Source: a virus
DNA: 25,581 nucleotides
Reading direction: 5' to 3' (one strand)
Virus genome (UHGV): UHGV-0343683
Positions 15,610 to 25,554 of the stretch are shown piece by piece. Positions within the stretch are counted from its first letter, which is position 1; the number at the start of each line of letters is the position of its first letter. Under the pieces are notes generated by a model. That model had not been told where the DNA came from. It ran no database searches and worked only from the letters and a program-made list of their open reading frames with translations. A program made the translations under genes and the position numbers.

Positions 15610-16492
15610 ATATGCTGCAGCGGAGAACGCGCGCAGGCTGCGTGACGCAGTTAAACGCGGCACGATAGCTGCAGTTAAAATGAATCCTCCACGCTGCCGA
15701 GTCTCATTTGGTGGCGAACACCAGTCAGGCTGGCTGCAGTGGTTTACTCACGCCACCTCAGAACGCGTCGACTGGAGCGCACCATCAGTGGGCGATCCCG
15801 TTACTGTTGTTTCTGAGGGTGGGGATACGCGGAACGGTGTAGTTATGCTCGGGCTGCACATTGACGACAAAGCTCCGCCAAGCAATGACCCCCATGATCA
15901 TGTCACTGCATACTGTGACGGGGCTACGATGACGTATAACACAAAAAATCACACTCTGACATGGCAGGGCGTACCGGACGGCGTGGTAAAAATACTCGGT
16001 GAGTCTGAAATAGAAATATTTGGACGCGCAGATGTTACTATTAATAGCGAAAATGTAGTTAATATCCATGGTGGGAAATTAATTAACGCAGACGCTGATA
16101 TTATTAATGTCACAGCGACAGATACAATTAACGCACATGCTGATTTAGTGAACGTTATAGCAACGAGTTCTGTTAGTGTTACTGCTGCGAACAGAATATC
16201 GCTGACAGCTCAAACAATCAGCGCGTGGGCTCCGGGTGGTATAACACTAGCTGGTCCAACGCATATTACCGAGACATTAGTAGTAGATAAATTAGCGACA
16301 TTCCGTAACGATATTTCTGTCACTGGAGATAACGGTGGAACAGGTAATATCACAACTCGCGGTAGTGTGTTAGCAGGGCAAGAGGTGCAGGACCGACAAG
16401 GCACAATAACTGAAGTCCGCACAACGTATAACGGACACACTCATATATGTCCGGACGGGGAAACTCAACAACCGAACCAACCAATGGCGTAA
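15590..16492 (+). CDS. baseplate spike / assembly protein V (P2 gpV-like) with extended beta-helix C-terminus
   Basis: N-terminus matches P2 gpV (RGTIAAVKMNPPRCRVSFGG ... WLQWFTH ... WSAPSVGDPV); C-terminal repetitive segment and apex-like NGHTH; GAGGG Shine-Dalgarno 8 nt before ATG 15590 (track start 15575). Confidence 0.8.
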   Translation: MAQSDDEYAAAENARRLRDAVKRGTIAAVKMNPPRCRVSFGGEHQSGWLQWFTHATSERVDWSAPSVGDPVTVVSEGGDTRNGVVMLGLHIDDKAPPSNDPHDHVTAYCDGATMTYNTKNHTLTWQGVPDGVVKILGESEIEIFGRADVTINSENVVNIHGGKLINADADIINVTATDTINAHADLVNVIATSSVSVTAANRISLTAQTISAWAPGGITLAGPTHITETLVVDKLATFRNDISVTGDNGGTGNITTRGSVLAGQEVQDRQGTITEVRTTYNGHTHICPDGETQQPNQPMA

Positions 16493-16494
16493 AG

Positions 16495-16836
16495 ATGCTT
16501 GGAATGGACCGTAACACCGGTAAACTTTTATCGGGGACTGATCACATTCGTCAGTCTATCGTTGATATTTTAACGACCCCGCTGGGGACGCGTGTAATGC
16601 TGCCGGAATATGGCAGCAAATTATTTGATCTTGTTGATAATCCCACAGATCCGTCGCTTGCTATGCGAATAATCATGGAAAGCGCTGGCGCAATAGCACG
16701 ATGGGAACCACGCGTCAGAATTGACAGAATAAATGTGTTAGCAGTGGATATCGGGAAAATAACAATATTAATTATCGCAACAGATATCGAAACACAACAG
16801 CGATTAGAGTTTAATAATATGGAGCTGATATTTTGA
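16495..16836 (+). CDS. baseplate wedge protein W (P2 gpW-like, gp25-like)
   Basis: Aligns to P2 gpW (LGMDRNTGK ... IRQSIVDILTTPLGTRVMLPEYGS ... ARWEPRV); ATG 16495 lies just after the gpV stop. Confidence 0.85.
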   Translation: MLGMDRNTGKLLSGTDHIRQSIVDILTTPLGTRVMLPEYGSKLFDLVDNPTDPSLAMRIIMESAGAIARWEPRVRIDRINVLAVDIGKITILIIATDIETQQRLEFNNMELIF

Positions 16837-17753
16837 TAACATCAACAGTTCAGAATTCGATAGTGAAAACTATTGATATGAGTCTGCTGCCGCCGCCAGC
16901 ATTCGTTAAAACCCCGTTATTTTCAGATGTTAAATCTAATCTACTGTCAGAGCTGCAGATATTATATCCACAATTTAACGCACTCCTGGAGTCAGACCCG
17001 GCCGTTAAACTGCTGGAAATAGTTGCATACAGAGAAATCATTATTACAGCTCGGGTAAATCAGGGGATGCTCGCTGTATTGCTCGCGTTTGCAAAGGGGA
17101 GTGACCTCGACCAGATTGGCGCTAATTTTGACTGCCTGCGGCTGTTGATAACGCCAGCTAATCCCGATGTAATTCCCCCGACTGAGGCTGTTTACGAGAG
17201 TGACGACGAGTATCGACACCGAATACAGCTATCATGGTATGCGCGGAATACTGCCGGCAGTACGAACGCCTATAACTATTTCGCGCTGTCGAGTGATCCC
17301 GACGTTCTGTCAGCTCAGGCGTACGGCCCGCCGGTGACCCAGCCTGGATACGTCGATATGTATGTCTTGTCGCGAACCGGCGACGGCACTCCGCCTCAAT
17401 CACTACTGAATACAGTGAATGCGGCCCTGTCTCCTGACGATACTCGACCGCTGACTGATTTCGTGACTGTAAAACCTGCGTCGAACCTGAATTACCGGGT
17501 TGAGGCCGTTATCGTAGCCGGGCTCGGACCCGACCAGAACGTTTTGCTTAACGGTGCTCAGAGCGATTTGGCGATATATGTGGATACGCAACATAAAATC
17601 GGAGCGACGGCAGCTCTGTCAGGAATTTACGACGCGATACATCGTGACGGCACTGAACGTGTGATTCTGATATCGCCAACAGAGGATGTGATCGCTGGCG
17701 TCGGGCAGGCTCCGTACTGCACAGAAATCAAACTCAGCGTGCAAATGGGGTAG
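16833..17753 (+). CDS. baseplate assembly protein J (P2 gpJ-like)
   Basis: 306 aa; similar to P2 gpJ (KLLEIVAYRE, IGANFDCLRLLITPA, IPPTEAVYESDDEYRHRIQ, SGIYDAIH); ATGA-coupled. Confidence 0.9.
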   Translation: MITSTVQNSIVKTIDMSLLPPPAFVKTPLFSDVKSNLLSELQILYPQFNALLESDPAVKLLEIVAYREIIITARVNQGMLAVLLAFAKGSDLDQIGANFDCLRLLITPANPDVIPPTEAVYESDDEYRHRIQLSWYARNTAGSTNAYNYFALSSDPDVLSAQAYGPPVTQPGYVDMYVLSRTGDGTPPQSLLNTVNAALSPDDTRPLTDFVTVKPASNLNYRVEAVIVAGLGPDQNVLLNGAQSDLAIYVDTQHKIGATAALSGIYDAIHRDGTERVILISPTEDVIAGVGQAPYCTEIKLSVQMG

Positions 17754-17755
17754 CC

Positions 17756-18382
17756 ATGACAAGTCAAAGCGTACTGCCTCCGAACGCAATAACCCCTGAG
17801 AGGGCGCTTGAGGTTGTTTTATCTCACGTCGGCGATCTGCCTGGCGATATTCGAATTATTAAAAATCCCGATTTGTGCCCTGCAAATCTGTTGCCGTGGC
17901 TGGCGTGGGAGTACGCGGTCACCTACTGGAACCCCGACTGGAGTGAGCAGCAAAAACGCGAAATTATTAAAGCAGCTGCGTGGCAGAATAAGCACCGCGG
18001 AACGCGTGGAGCTGTTGAACGAGCGTTATTAACTGTTGGCTTTGAGAGCAAAATGAGAGAGTGGTTTGAAGCCACGCCCAGGGACGACCCGTATACATTC
18101 GCAATTAAAATATATCTGCTAAAAAGCATGGGGTTAGATTTAGAACTATTGAATACATTTATTGCACAAATATTTGATGCAAAAAATTGTCGTTCCTTAT
18201 TAAAAGAAATAAATTTCGAAACGGGTGTCGATGGTGAGTTTTTTATAGCCGGTACACCTTACGCGAAAATAGGCGTAAACGTCCCAGCAGACGGCGACGG
18301 CGGTGTAAAAATTAACGGCGGGCTATATATATCGGGCTCACCAATTGTTAGTTTAAATGTGGAGATAGGGCCAAATGGCTGA
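17756..18382 (+). CDS. baseplate protein I (P2 gpI-like, tail protein I)
   Basis: 208 aa; NPDLCPANLLPWLAWEY motif as in P2 gpI. Confidence 0.85.
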   Translation: MTSQSVLPPNAITPERALEVVLSHVGDLPGDIRIIKNPDLCPANLLPWLAWEYAVTYWNPDWSEQQKREIIKAAAWQNKHRGTRGAVERALLTVGFESKMREWFEATPRDDPYTFAIKIYLLKSMGLDLELLNTFIAQIFDAKNCRSLLKEINFETGVDGEFFIAGTPYAKIGVNVPADGDGGVKINGGLYISGSPIVSLNVEIGPNG

Positions 18383-19559
18383 AAATAAAATTTACGCAGT
18401 ACTGACAGACCGTGGCGCACAACTTGAAGCCGCTGCGCTGGCATCGGGTGTACCCGTGGTGCTGAATAAATTCGTTATTGGCGACGCAAACGGAAACGAC
18501 GACGTAACACCGGACCCGGCACGAACTGCATTAATTCACGAGACGTATCGTGGGGATATTAAATCCGCAGAAAATAGCGGTAACCAGGTTATCTTTACAC
18601 TTTACGTACCGCCAGACACTGGGGGCTATACTATCCGTGAGGTGGGGATATTAACAGATAAAGGCGAGCTGTACTCTGTGGCGCGCTCGCCGGACATTTT
18701 AAAACCTACGGACAGCAACGGTGCGCTGATTTCAATCACGTATAAATACACACTCGCGGTGTCCAGCACATCTACGGTTAATGTTGTAGTATATGACAAC
18801 TACGTAACTCCCGAGGAAGCTGACAAAAAATATTTGCAGATAAGTAAAAACTTATCTGAAATTCCCGCAAATGGTGAAACTGCTCAGCAGGCTGCGCGGA
18901 AAAATATTGGTATAGATGGGGACGTTGCATATAGAGATAAGGGTAATGCATTTACTCATCCAAATACTTTTAAAGATGATGTGATTTTTGAAGACGTTTT
19001 ATCCTCTAAAAAACAAATAAATATAAACAAACCGGGCACTGATTTGACGTTGTTTTCATTTGCTGGTTTATCAGATGTGTCGGGCGATTATTTAGATTTT
19101 TCGACCCGTGGAGAAAACAATCAGAAGGTTTTTTATAGATTACGCGGAGTTCACTATGATGGCCTGGTGTTACTGTGCGGCGGGCAGACGTATAAATACT
19201 GGAATGAGGCTAATCTTAAACCGGTTAAAACGATTAACGGGGAGTCGCCGGATGAAAATGGCAACATAGATATAAGTCTTTCACCGGACCCATCACCGGA
19301 AATAGGTGTTGTTGGCGCGGTTGGTACTTATGCGCTTGTCGCTATTAATCATGCACCACAAATACTCCCGGGCTCCATATGGGCTGGAGGGGATTTATAT
19401 TACGCTAGTATAAATAATACCGGTTCATATAACACGGATATTGCCACAAAACCATTTTATGACACACCACTTATTGGCTCATGGCGAGCCATGGCGTATT
19501 CACCCGGTGGAGTCGGTGATATTGGGACTGCCTGTTTTTTAGCTATTAGGATTGCGTAA
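18375..19559 (+). CDS. tail fibre protein (P2 gpH-like N-terminal domain, divergent C-terminal domain)
   Basis: 394 aa; N-terminus parallels the P2 H N-terminal region (LIHETYRGDI, REVGILTDKGELYSVA); ATG overlaps the gpI stop. Confidence 0.75.
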   Translation: MAENKIYAVLTDRGAQLEAAALASGVPVVLNKFVIGDANGNDDVTPDPARTALIHETYRGDIKSAENSGNQVIFTLYVPPDTGGYTIREVGILTDKGELYSVARSPDILKPTDSNGALISITYKYTLAVSSTSTVNVVVYDNYVTPEEADKKYLQISKNLSEIPANGETAQQAARKNIGIDGDVAYRDKGNAFTHPNTFKDDVIFEDVLSSKKQININKPGTDLTLFSFAGLSDVSGDYLDFSTRGENNQKVFYRLRGVHYDGLVLLCGGQTYKYWNEANLKPVKTINGESPDENGNIDISLSPDPSPEIGVVGAVGTYALVAINHAPQILPGSIWAGGDLYYASINNTGSYNTDIATKPFYDTPLIGSWRAMAYSPGGVGDIGTACFLAIRIA

Positions 19560-19948
19560 TGATAAGCGTTGATTCATTTAGAAAAATAACAAACCCTGTT
19601 TTTAATGACGAGCATGGGTTATCTATAAATATTATTTGCGATATTGACGGGATTGGAAACGACATTCCATTCACCGCAATGAAAAATGATTGCGAGGAAC
19701 ACGGTAGGGTTTTATATGAAAGAGCGCTGAGCGGGGATTATGGGAGCATTTCTAAATTTGTAAAAAAAGAGCAGACGCAAAAACTCCAGACTACATTACG
19801 GACTGTTGGCGATCTGTCAATTGAGGCATTCTCAATTCAGTGTGCAGTAGATGCCGGAACCGCATCTGACGCGCAAATCGAAAATTTGGCCGAGCTTAAA
19901 GAAGCAATAGCGACGCGAATTGGTGAAAATAGAGAAGGAATAAAATGA
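19559..19948 (+). CDS. putative tail fibre assembly chaperone (Tfa / gpG-like)
   Basis: 129 aa directly after the fibre gene; C-terminal region resembles the lambda Tfa C-terminus; TAATG coupling. Confidence 0.55.
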   Translation: MISVDSFRKITNPVFNDEHGLSINIICDIDGIGNDIPFTAMKNDCEEHGRVLYERALSGDYGSISKFVKKEQTQKLQTTLRTVGDLSIEAFSIQCAVDAGTASDAQIENLAELKEAIATRIGENREGIK

Positions 19949-21447
19949 GCGTAACTAATTTTTTACACGGTATTCGCACGCTCGAATACGACGACGGCAC
20001 AAAAGAGATCAACACAGTAGATATTTCCGTGATTGGGATTGTTGGTACTGCTCCCGATTCCAGCTACCCAACTTGTGCATCACTATTATGGGGATCAGAG
20101 CTCGCAGACAATCTTGTTGAGTTTTCGACTGTCATGCCAGGGGCCGACGGAAACAACTGGATTGTTGAAATTGTTGATTTGGGAATTAACGGGAATGTAG
20201 CAACTCCAGGATACAGCACACTGCCCGACGGTTCGAGAAAATTAACAATGATCACGGACGGTGCCATGACCCCGTCAAAAATGTACGATCAGAACCAGCA
20301 GTATAAAGAAGGACTCCAGATTGGAGAATATATTAACGTCACATTCGGTGGTGATCACGCAGGAACGGGGACTGTATTCGCGCTCCCCCCAACAAATTTA
20401 TCCGGTGGTAAAGACGAATCGTTCAAATATAATGTTCCGACGTTAATTGCAGGCAGTCAAAAAAAAGCTGGATTGCTCGGTGGGTCTGGAACCCTTCCTC
20501 CCGCTGTATCTGAAATACTAAATCAGGAGGATGCCATTATTGTTGTTGTCCGCGTCGAAGAGGACAGCGACGAAACAAAAATGCGGCAGAACGTCGTTAA
20601 CGGGATTAACGCATTGTTGACGTCTGCGCAAATAAATCAAGTAACGCCGAGAATTTTAATCGCTCCAGATTATAGTGCTAACGATTATATTGCAGAACAA
20701 CTTGAAGTGGTGACAAATAAATTACGAGGCGTTGGATATATCGATTCACCGCGAGGCGCTACGCCTGCTGACGTTGTAAATCGTCGTCAGAGGTACGGCG
20801 GCAGAATGGAAATTCTGCGCCCTCGTGTTTATTCTACGAGTGATGTTAGTGGTTTATCTCGTCCGTATTCAGCTATCGCTGCTGGTTTACGAGCCAGAAT
20901 TGATAACGAAAAAGGGTTTTGGTGGAGCAAATCGAATCAAAATATCTACGGAATTACAGGACTCGAACAAGTCGATGATTTTATAATCGGTGAAACGAAC
21001 TGCACAGCAAATCTGCTGAACGCCAGCCAGGTCAGCACAATTATTCGCTATGATGGATTCAGACACTGGGGTAACTATCTGTGTAGCCTCAGTCCCCAAT
21101 GGTCCTTTGAATGCGTTCGTCGGACAGCTGACGTAATTGAGGATTCAATAGCCCGGGCAATGATGACCGATTTTATTGATCGCCCGATAGACCTGCACCT
21201 CGGAACAGACGTTGTAGAGTCGATAAACGCGTATCTGCATAAATTAGAGGAGCAGGGCGCGATTAACGGAGGACGGGCGTGGTTAGATGAAGAGTTAAAT
21301 ACAAAAGAAAGTCTGGCCGCTGGTAATCTTTATATTAATGTTGACTTTGGACCGAAATCCCCGGCACAAACAATTACGTTAATGTACCGCATTAATAATG
21401 ATTACACAGTTGAAGCTCTGGCCTCTCTTTTTAAAGAAACAGTCTAA
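19945..21447 (+). CDS. contractile tail sheath protein (P2 gpFI-like)
   Basis: 500 aa; size and position before the tube gene; ATGA-coupled to the upstream gene. Confidence 0.8.
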   Translation: MSVTNFLHGIRTLEYDDGTKEINTVDISVIGIVGTAPDSSYPTCASLLWGSELADNLVEFSTVMPGADGNNWIVEIVDLGINGNVATPGYSTLPDGSRKLTMITDGAMTPSKMYDQNQQYKEGLQIGEYINVTFGGDHAGTGTVFALPPTNLSGGKDESFKYNVPTLIAGSQKKAGLLGGSGTLPPAVSEILNQEDAIIVVVRVEEDSDETKMRQNVVNGINALLTSAQINQVTPRILIAPDYSANDYIAEQLEVVTNKLRGVGYIDSPRGATPADVVNRRQRYGGRMEILRPRVYSTSDVSGLSRPYSAIAAGLRARIDNEKGFWWSKSNQNIYGITGLEQVDDFIIGETNCTANLLNASQVSTIIRYDGFRHWGNYLCSLSPQWSFECVRRTADVIEDSIARAMMTDFIDRPIDLHLGTDVVESINAYLHKLEEQGAINGGRAWLDEELNTKESLAAGNLYINVDFGPKSPAQTITLMYRINNDYTVEALASLFKETV

Positions 21448-21464
21448 TAATCTGGAGAATTGAT

Positions 21465-21977
21465 ATGGCAGATAGTAACACCTATCGTGCATTTGCGTTG
21501 TTCGTCCAGGGAGAACGAGTTTTAAATTGCACTGAATACACTCCCGTCGATATGAAAATAATCGAAGATGATTTTAAGACGGGCGCTATGGATACAGCTA
21601 TCACTCTGGACGGGGGAATGGAGAAAATGTCAGCCAGTTTTAAAGTCTCTGGCTCCGATTCTGGTGTGATGGGGTATTTGGGATTAATACCAGGTGCTAA
21701 AACAAGGTTCGAAATTCGAAGTGCATATACTGACAATTACGGTGTCAATTTTGAACGTATTGATACATATGAGGGGCTTATTACGGCGATTACTGATGAC
21801 GCGCAGGGGACTGATTCAAAATCAGCAGTTGGGCAATCAGTAACGATTGCGCCGAGCTATTATAAACGAGTTCAAAATGGAAAAATTATTTACGAGATTC
21901 ATCCTGCAAAAATGAAACGAGTAATTAATGGTGTTGACGTTCTTGCGGGCGTTGCTCGTATTCTCCATGTATATTAA
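21465..21977 (+). CDS. tail tube protein (P2 gpFII-like)
   Basis: 170 aa; C-terminus (YEIHPAKMKRVINGVDVLAGV) resembles the P2 FII C-terminus; follows the sheath gene. Confidence 0.8.
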   Translation: MADSNTYRAFALFVQGERVLNCTEYTPVDMKIIEDDFKTGAMDTAITLDGGMEKMSASFKVSGSDSGVMGYLGLIPGAKTRFEIRSAYTDNYGVNFERIDTYEGLITAITDDAQGTDSKSAVGQSVTIAPSYYKRVQNGKIIYEIHPAKMKRVINGVDVLAGVARILHVY

Positions 21978-21989
21978 AAGGCAAATAAA

Positions 21990-22271
21990 ATGGAATCATT
22001 ATTAGACAGTATGACTATTACGCTCTCTCGCCCGTTTATTATTAAGGGGGAGAGCCGCGATACAATTACTATTCGCGAACCAAAATTACGCGACCGCATT
22101 ATGTTCAGTAACGATAAAAGTGGTCTTGAAGAGCGGACAGCGACAATGCTGGCGCGCCTGGCAAATCTGGAGCGTGAGGATTTATATGCACTGCCTGCGT
22201 GCGATTACGATCAAATGGAGGCCGCATTTAACGAACTGGTAAAGCCTCCGAAAGACCGACATCAGATATAG
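21990..22271 (+). CDS. tail assembly chaperone (P2 gpE-like); probable E/E' frameshift pair
   Basis: 93 aa directly upstream of the tape measure gene; the -1 frame is open from 22232 to 22402, overlapping the tape measure start, as for P2 E'. Confidence 0.6.
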   Translation: MESLLDSMTITLSRPFIIKGESRDTITIREPKLRDRIMFSNDKSGLEERTATMLARLANLEREDLYALPACDYDQMEAAFNELVKPPKDRHQI

Positions 22272-22379
22272 TTATTCTGATTCCGTTTATTGCGAAAAAA
22301 CTTGCCATCCCGCCCGATACGCAAATGGACCTGCCGTACCGGGTTTTTAATTTCTATGTAAACGAGGTCATGAAAATCG

Positions 22380-24020
22380 ATGGCTATTTCTCAAAACTTT
22401 AAAACGCAGGTTGTATTCGGTGGGCGAATAGACCCGTCGTTTCGTCGCGGTACAACAGAACTCAATGATGCGATTCGGCAGACGTCGTCTACTGTCGGGA
22501 AATTAACGAAAAGTCAGGATAAATTAAAAGACAAAATCGCAGCAATGAAACTGGCAGGTAAAGACGTTTCTGATTTATCTGCTCAGTATCAAAAGCTGGA
22601 CCGTCGAATAAAAGCGACAACGCAGGACCAGGAGGCGCTGAATACTCAACTTGCTAAAAAACAGCGGCTGGAGAAGTGGACGGGTCGCGCAAAAGGAGCT
22701 GCAAAATGGGGCGGACGAGCCGCCGCAGGTGCGGTGAGGGCTACGGGGCGGGGTATCAAATGGGGGACACTTGGCGCGGCAGGGCTCATTGGCGGTGCTG
22801 CAGCTGGTGCGCTGGCAATGAATGCAGAGACGTCAGAAAAACTCGGTCTGGCGAAGTCCTACGGCGTTGGCGTCGAAAAATACGCTGCGTGGGAAAATAT
22901 TGGTAAAGCCGCGGGCCTGAACGGCGAAAATATCGGGGATTTGTCTGAAGAACTTACAAATAAAATCGGCGAAATCGGAAACGAAAAAAGCCTGAATCCC
23001 ATGTTATTTCAAATTGGCCTGACGAAAAAACGAATGGCTGGCTGGGATCGGGAAAAACAGTTTAATGAGGTTATGCGTCGCATCTCTGAAATGAAAGATG
23101 AGAAGCAAGCGGCGAGCCTCGCTGACCAGCTCATGGGGGGCGAGGCTAATAAGATCATGACGTATATGAAGGCGACGGGTAAAAGCTGGGAACAGACAAT
23201 GTCTGACGCGCAAAAGTCGAATTTGTTAACAAAAGAGGGTGCGGAAGGGGCGGCGCGTGCGCATGTATCAGTGACAAATCTGTGGGGCTCTATTACGTCG
23301 GGACTTGCAGATACACTCGGTAAAATCGGGGGGGAACTCGCGCCGACGTTTGACTCAGTACGTGAAACATTTACATCCTGGTTTAAGGATAATCAGGGTG
23401 GTTTTGTCAGCACAATTACTGAGTGGGTAAAACCAGAAAATATGAAAAAAATGTGGGATGGCATCGTCAATTTTGGAGAAGGTTGCGTCAAATTCGGGAA
23501 GATTATATGGGCTGTCGTAAAGAAACTGGAGTGGCTTATTCCGGATGAAAAATCAGATGAAGAACAGAAAACTTATAATGACGAATATAATCGGGCATAT
23601 CAAGAGTTTATGGATTCGGGAGGTAAATATTCACCGAACGCTGGATTGACTGCTGATAATATTGCGAAGGCAAAAGCCGAAGAGGCTGTCGAAAATATGC
23701 GGCATCCAGAACGGCAAGAACAGGCAAAATCTCAGGCAGAATCAATGCTCGCGTTTGTTAATCCATTATCCGGGATGGTAAATAAAAATACCGCGCCTGC
23801 AGCACTGGATTCGTCGACGTTAAATATTGATACGTTGAAGCAGGCAGTCTCGACACCTGCGCCGGAGCAAAACAATAAAATCGAAATCAATATTGTCGGT
23901 GCGACAGATCCGCAGTCAATACAACAATCTGCAGCGTCGGGGGTGCTCGATGGACTGAGACAGGCTGCGAGTTCGTACAATCGTGGCGCGATGTTTGATA
24001 AACCAGCTGCGGCGGGGTGA
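22380..24020 (+). CDS. tail tape measure protein (P2 gpT-like)
   Basis: 546 aa; Gly/Ala-rich membrane-like segment (GRAAAGAVRATGRGIKWGTLGAAGLIGGAAAGA), extended helical character, positioned between the chaperone and gpU. Confidence 0.8.
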   Translation: MAISQNFKTQVVFGGRIDPSFRRGTTELNDAIRQTSSTVGKLTKSQDKLKDKIAAMKLAGKDVSDLSAQYQKLDRRIKATTQDQEALNTQLAKKQRLEKWTGRAKGAAKWGGRAAAGAVRATGRGIKWGTLGAAGLIGGAAAGALAMNAETSEKLGLAKSYGVGVEKYAAWENIGKAAGLNGENIGDLSEELTNKIGEIGNEKSLNPMLFQIGLTKKRMAGWDREKQFNEVMRRISEMKDEKQAASLADQLMGGEANKIMTYMKATGKSWEQTMSDAQKSNLLTKEGAEGAARAHVSVTNLWGSITSGLADTLGKIGGELAPTFDSVRETFTSWFKDNQGGFVSTITEWVKPENMKKMWDGIVNFGEGCVKFGKIIWAVVKKLEWLIPDEKSDEEQKTYNDEYNRAYQEFMDSGGKYSPNAGLTADNIAKAKAEEAVENMRHPERQEQAKSQAESMLAFVNPLSGMVNKNTAPAALDSSTLNIDTLKQAVSTPAPEQNNKIEINIVGATDPQSIQQSAASGVLDGLRQAASSYNRGAMFDKPAAAG

Positions 24021-24445
24021 CAATGAGTGATGCAATAAACGGTGCTGAGGATATCATGCTCGGCCTGGGTGATTTCATTTTTGCTATATCAACAGTAGCG
24101 TACAACAAACTGCAACGTAGTGACGCCTGGCGCTGGGCTCAGCAAACACGATTCGGGAAAAACGACGCGTTGCAGATAACCGGACGACCGAACCCCACAA
24201 TTACTATCGATGGAAAGATAAACGCTTTATTTCTTGACGGGTGCGGCGTCGGCCTGTTGACAGATTTGCGAGCGCTCGGGAACACGGGAGAACCCCAGCA
24301 GCTAGTGCTGGGGACCGGGGAGGTGAAAGGGTACTGGGTGCTGCGAGAACTAACTGAAACGCAAAACAGCTTTTTGATGGGCGGAACACCTAAATCGCAG
24401 GACTTTTCACTCACGCTCGAATATTATGGAGCTTCGCTAGATTAA
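24017..24445 (+). CDS. tail protein U (P2 gpU-like)
   Basis: 142 aa; N-terminus (LGLGDFIFAISTVAYNKLQRS) parallels P2 gpU; ATGA-coupled to the tape measure gene. Confidence 0.75.
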   Translation: MTMSDAINGAEDIMLGLGDFIFAISTVAYNKLQRSDAWRWAQQTRFGKNDALQITGRPNPTITIDGKINALFLDGCGVGLLTDLRALGNTGEPQQLVLGTGEVKGYWVLRELTETQNSFLMGGTPKSQDFSLTLEYYGASLD

Positions 24446-24618
24446 TACAAAATCAAGCGCTACCAGAGCACTTAACAAGTATAAAAATAATAAAAAAAAC
24501 TACGAACATAAATGTAAAACAACCTGATGGTATTTTTTTTGACGCCGAAATACTAATACCTCTCCGACTACTAAAATTAATTCTCATTATGAAATCCTTT
24601 TAATTAATGGGGCCCCAA

Positions 24619-24831
24619 ATGATTACATACACTACACGGGACGGTGACCGTCTCGATCAGATCTGCCTTGCGGTCTACGGGAGAGCGTCAAAAACGACAG
24701 AGACTGTTTTATATCAGGTTTCGAATTACGGCGTAACGGATATGTGTGCCGTGTTTCGTGCTGGAGAAAAAATTGTTTTACCAGATATCGAACCAGAGCC
24801 GGTTAAAAAAGAAACGCAATTATGGGATTGA
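24619..24831 (+). CDS. tail protein X (P2 gpX-like, LysM-like)
   Basis: 70 aa from ATG 24619; aligns to P2 gpX (DGDRLDQICLAVYGR ... ETVLYQ ... QLWD). Track ORF starts at 24607. Confidence 0.8.
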   Translation: MITYTTRDGDRLDQICLAVYGRASKTTETVLYQVSNYGVTDMCAVFRAGEKIVLPDIEPEPVKKETQLWD

Positions 24832-24834
24832 TGA

Positions 24835-25554
24835 ATGAGTGATTACGTAAATACTGGCGTGGAGGCGTGGAAACCTAATTTTTATATATCTGCTGATAAT
24901 AAAAACATCACGGATAAAATAAGAAAAGGTTTGATCAATATCACGCTGACAGATTACGGCGGCTCCAGTAAACAGACAGACGAACTCCGCGTAGCAATAG
25001 TTTCTGAAACTCTGAAAATTCCGGCCCGCGGAGTAAAAATCAGTATTGGGCTCGGTTTCGGTAATCAGATAATTGATAAAGGGATATACATCGTTGACGG
25101 TGCTAGCAGTGGCGGTGAACCCCGGGTAGTTGATTTCACAGCAAAAGCGGCTCCGATGAACGCAGCAAAAGGATCTCCGACAGTTCAGAGCAAAAAGACT
25201 CGTTCCTGGAGCGACGTCACTGTCAGCGATATCGTTGCGACAATAGCGAGCGATAATGGGCTAAAACCACGCGTATCAAAGCGGTTTGCAGACAATGTTA
25301 TCACGCAACTCGATCAGGTCGGCGAGTCAGATATGCACCTGATGTCGCGGCTCGCAACGAGATTCGATGCGGTGAGTAAACCCGCGGGCGGGTACTGGAT
25401 ATTCCTGCCGCGCGGCGCGGGCGAATCTGTTAGCGGTGCTCCGCTCCAGCACTACACGCTAACTCGTCGTGATAACTCCAACAGGTTTTGTAGCACAACC
25501 GACAAGAGCAAGCACAATCCCACAGGCAAGACCATTTTTAACGACCATGTTTGA
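24835..25554 (+). CDS. tail protein D (P2 gpD-like, late control D family), apparently C-terminally truncated
   Basis: 239 aa versus roughly 390 aa remembered for P2 gpD; strong similarity through RSWSDVTVSDIVATIASDNGL ... ESDMHLMSRLATRFDAVSKPAGGYWIFLPRG, then the last 20 or so residues diverge before the stop. Confidence 0.7.
   Translation: MSDYVNTGVEAWKPNFYISADNKNITDKIRKGLINITLTDYGGSSKQTDELRVAIVSETLKIPARGVKISIGLGFGNQIIDKGIYIVDGASSGGEPRVVDFTAKAAPMNAAKGSPTVQSKKTRSWSDVTVSDIVATIASDNGLKPRVSKRFADNVITQLDQVGESDMHLMSRLATRFDAVSKPAGGYWIFLPRGAGESVSGAPLQHYTLTRRDNSNRFCSTTDKSKHNPTGKTIFNDHV

Noticed and set aside
16040-16260. Short direct repeats in the 3' half of the gpV-like gene
   Set aside because: They encode beta-helix-like repeats of the spike protein; no spacers or array structure.
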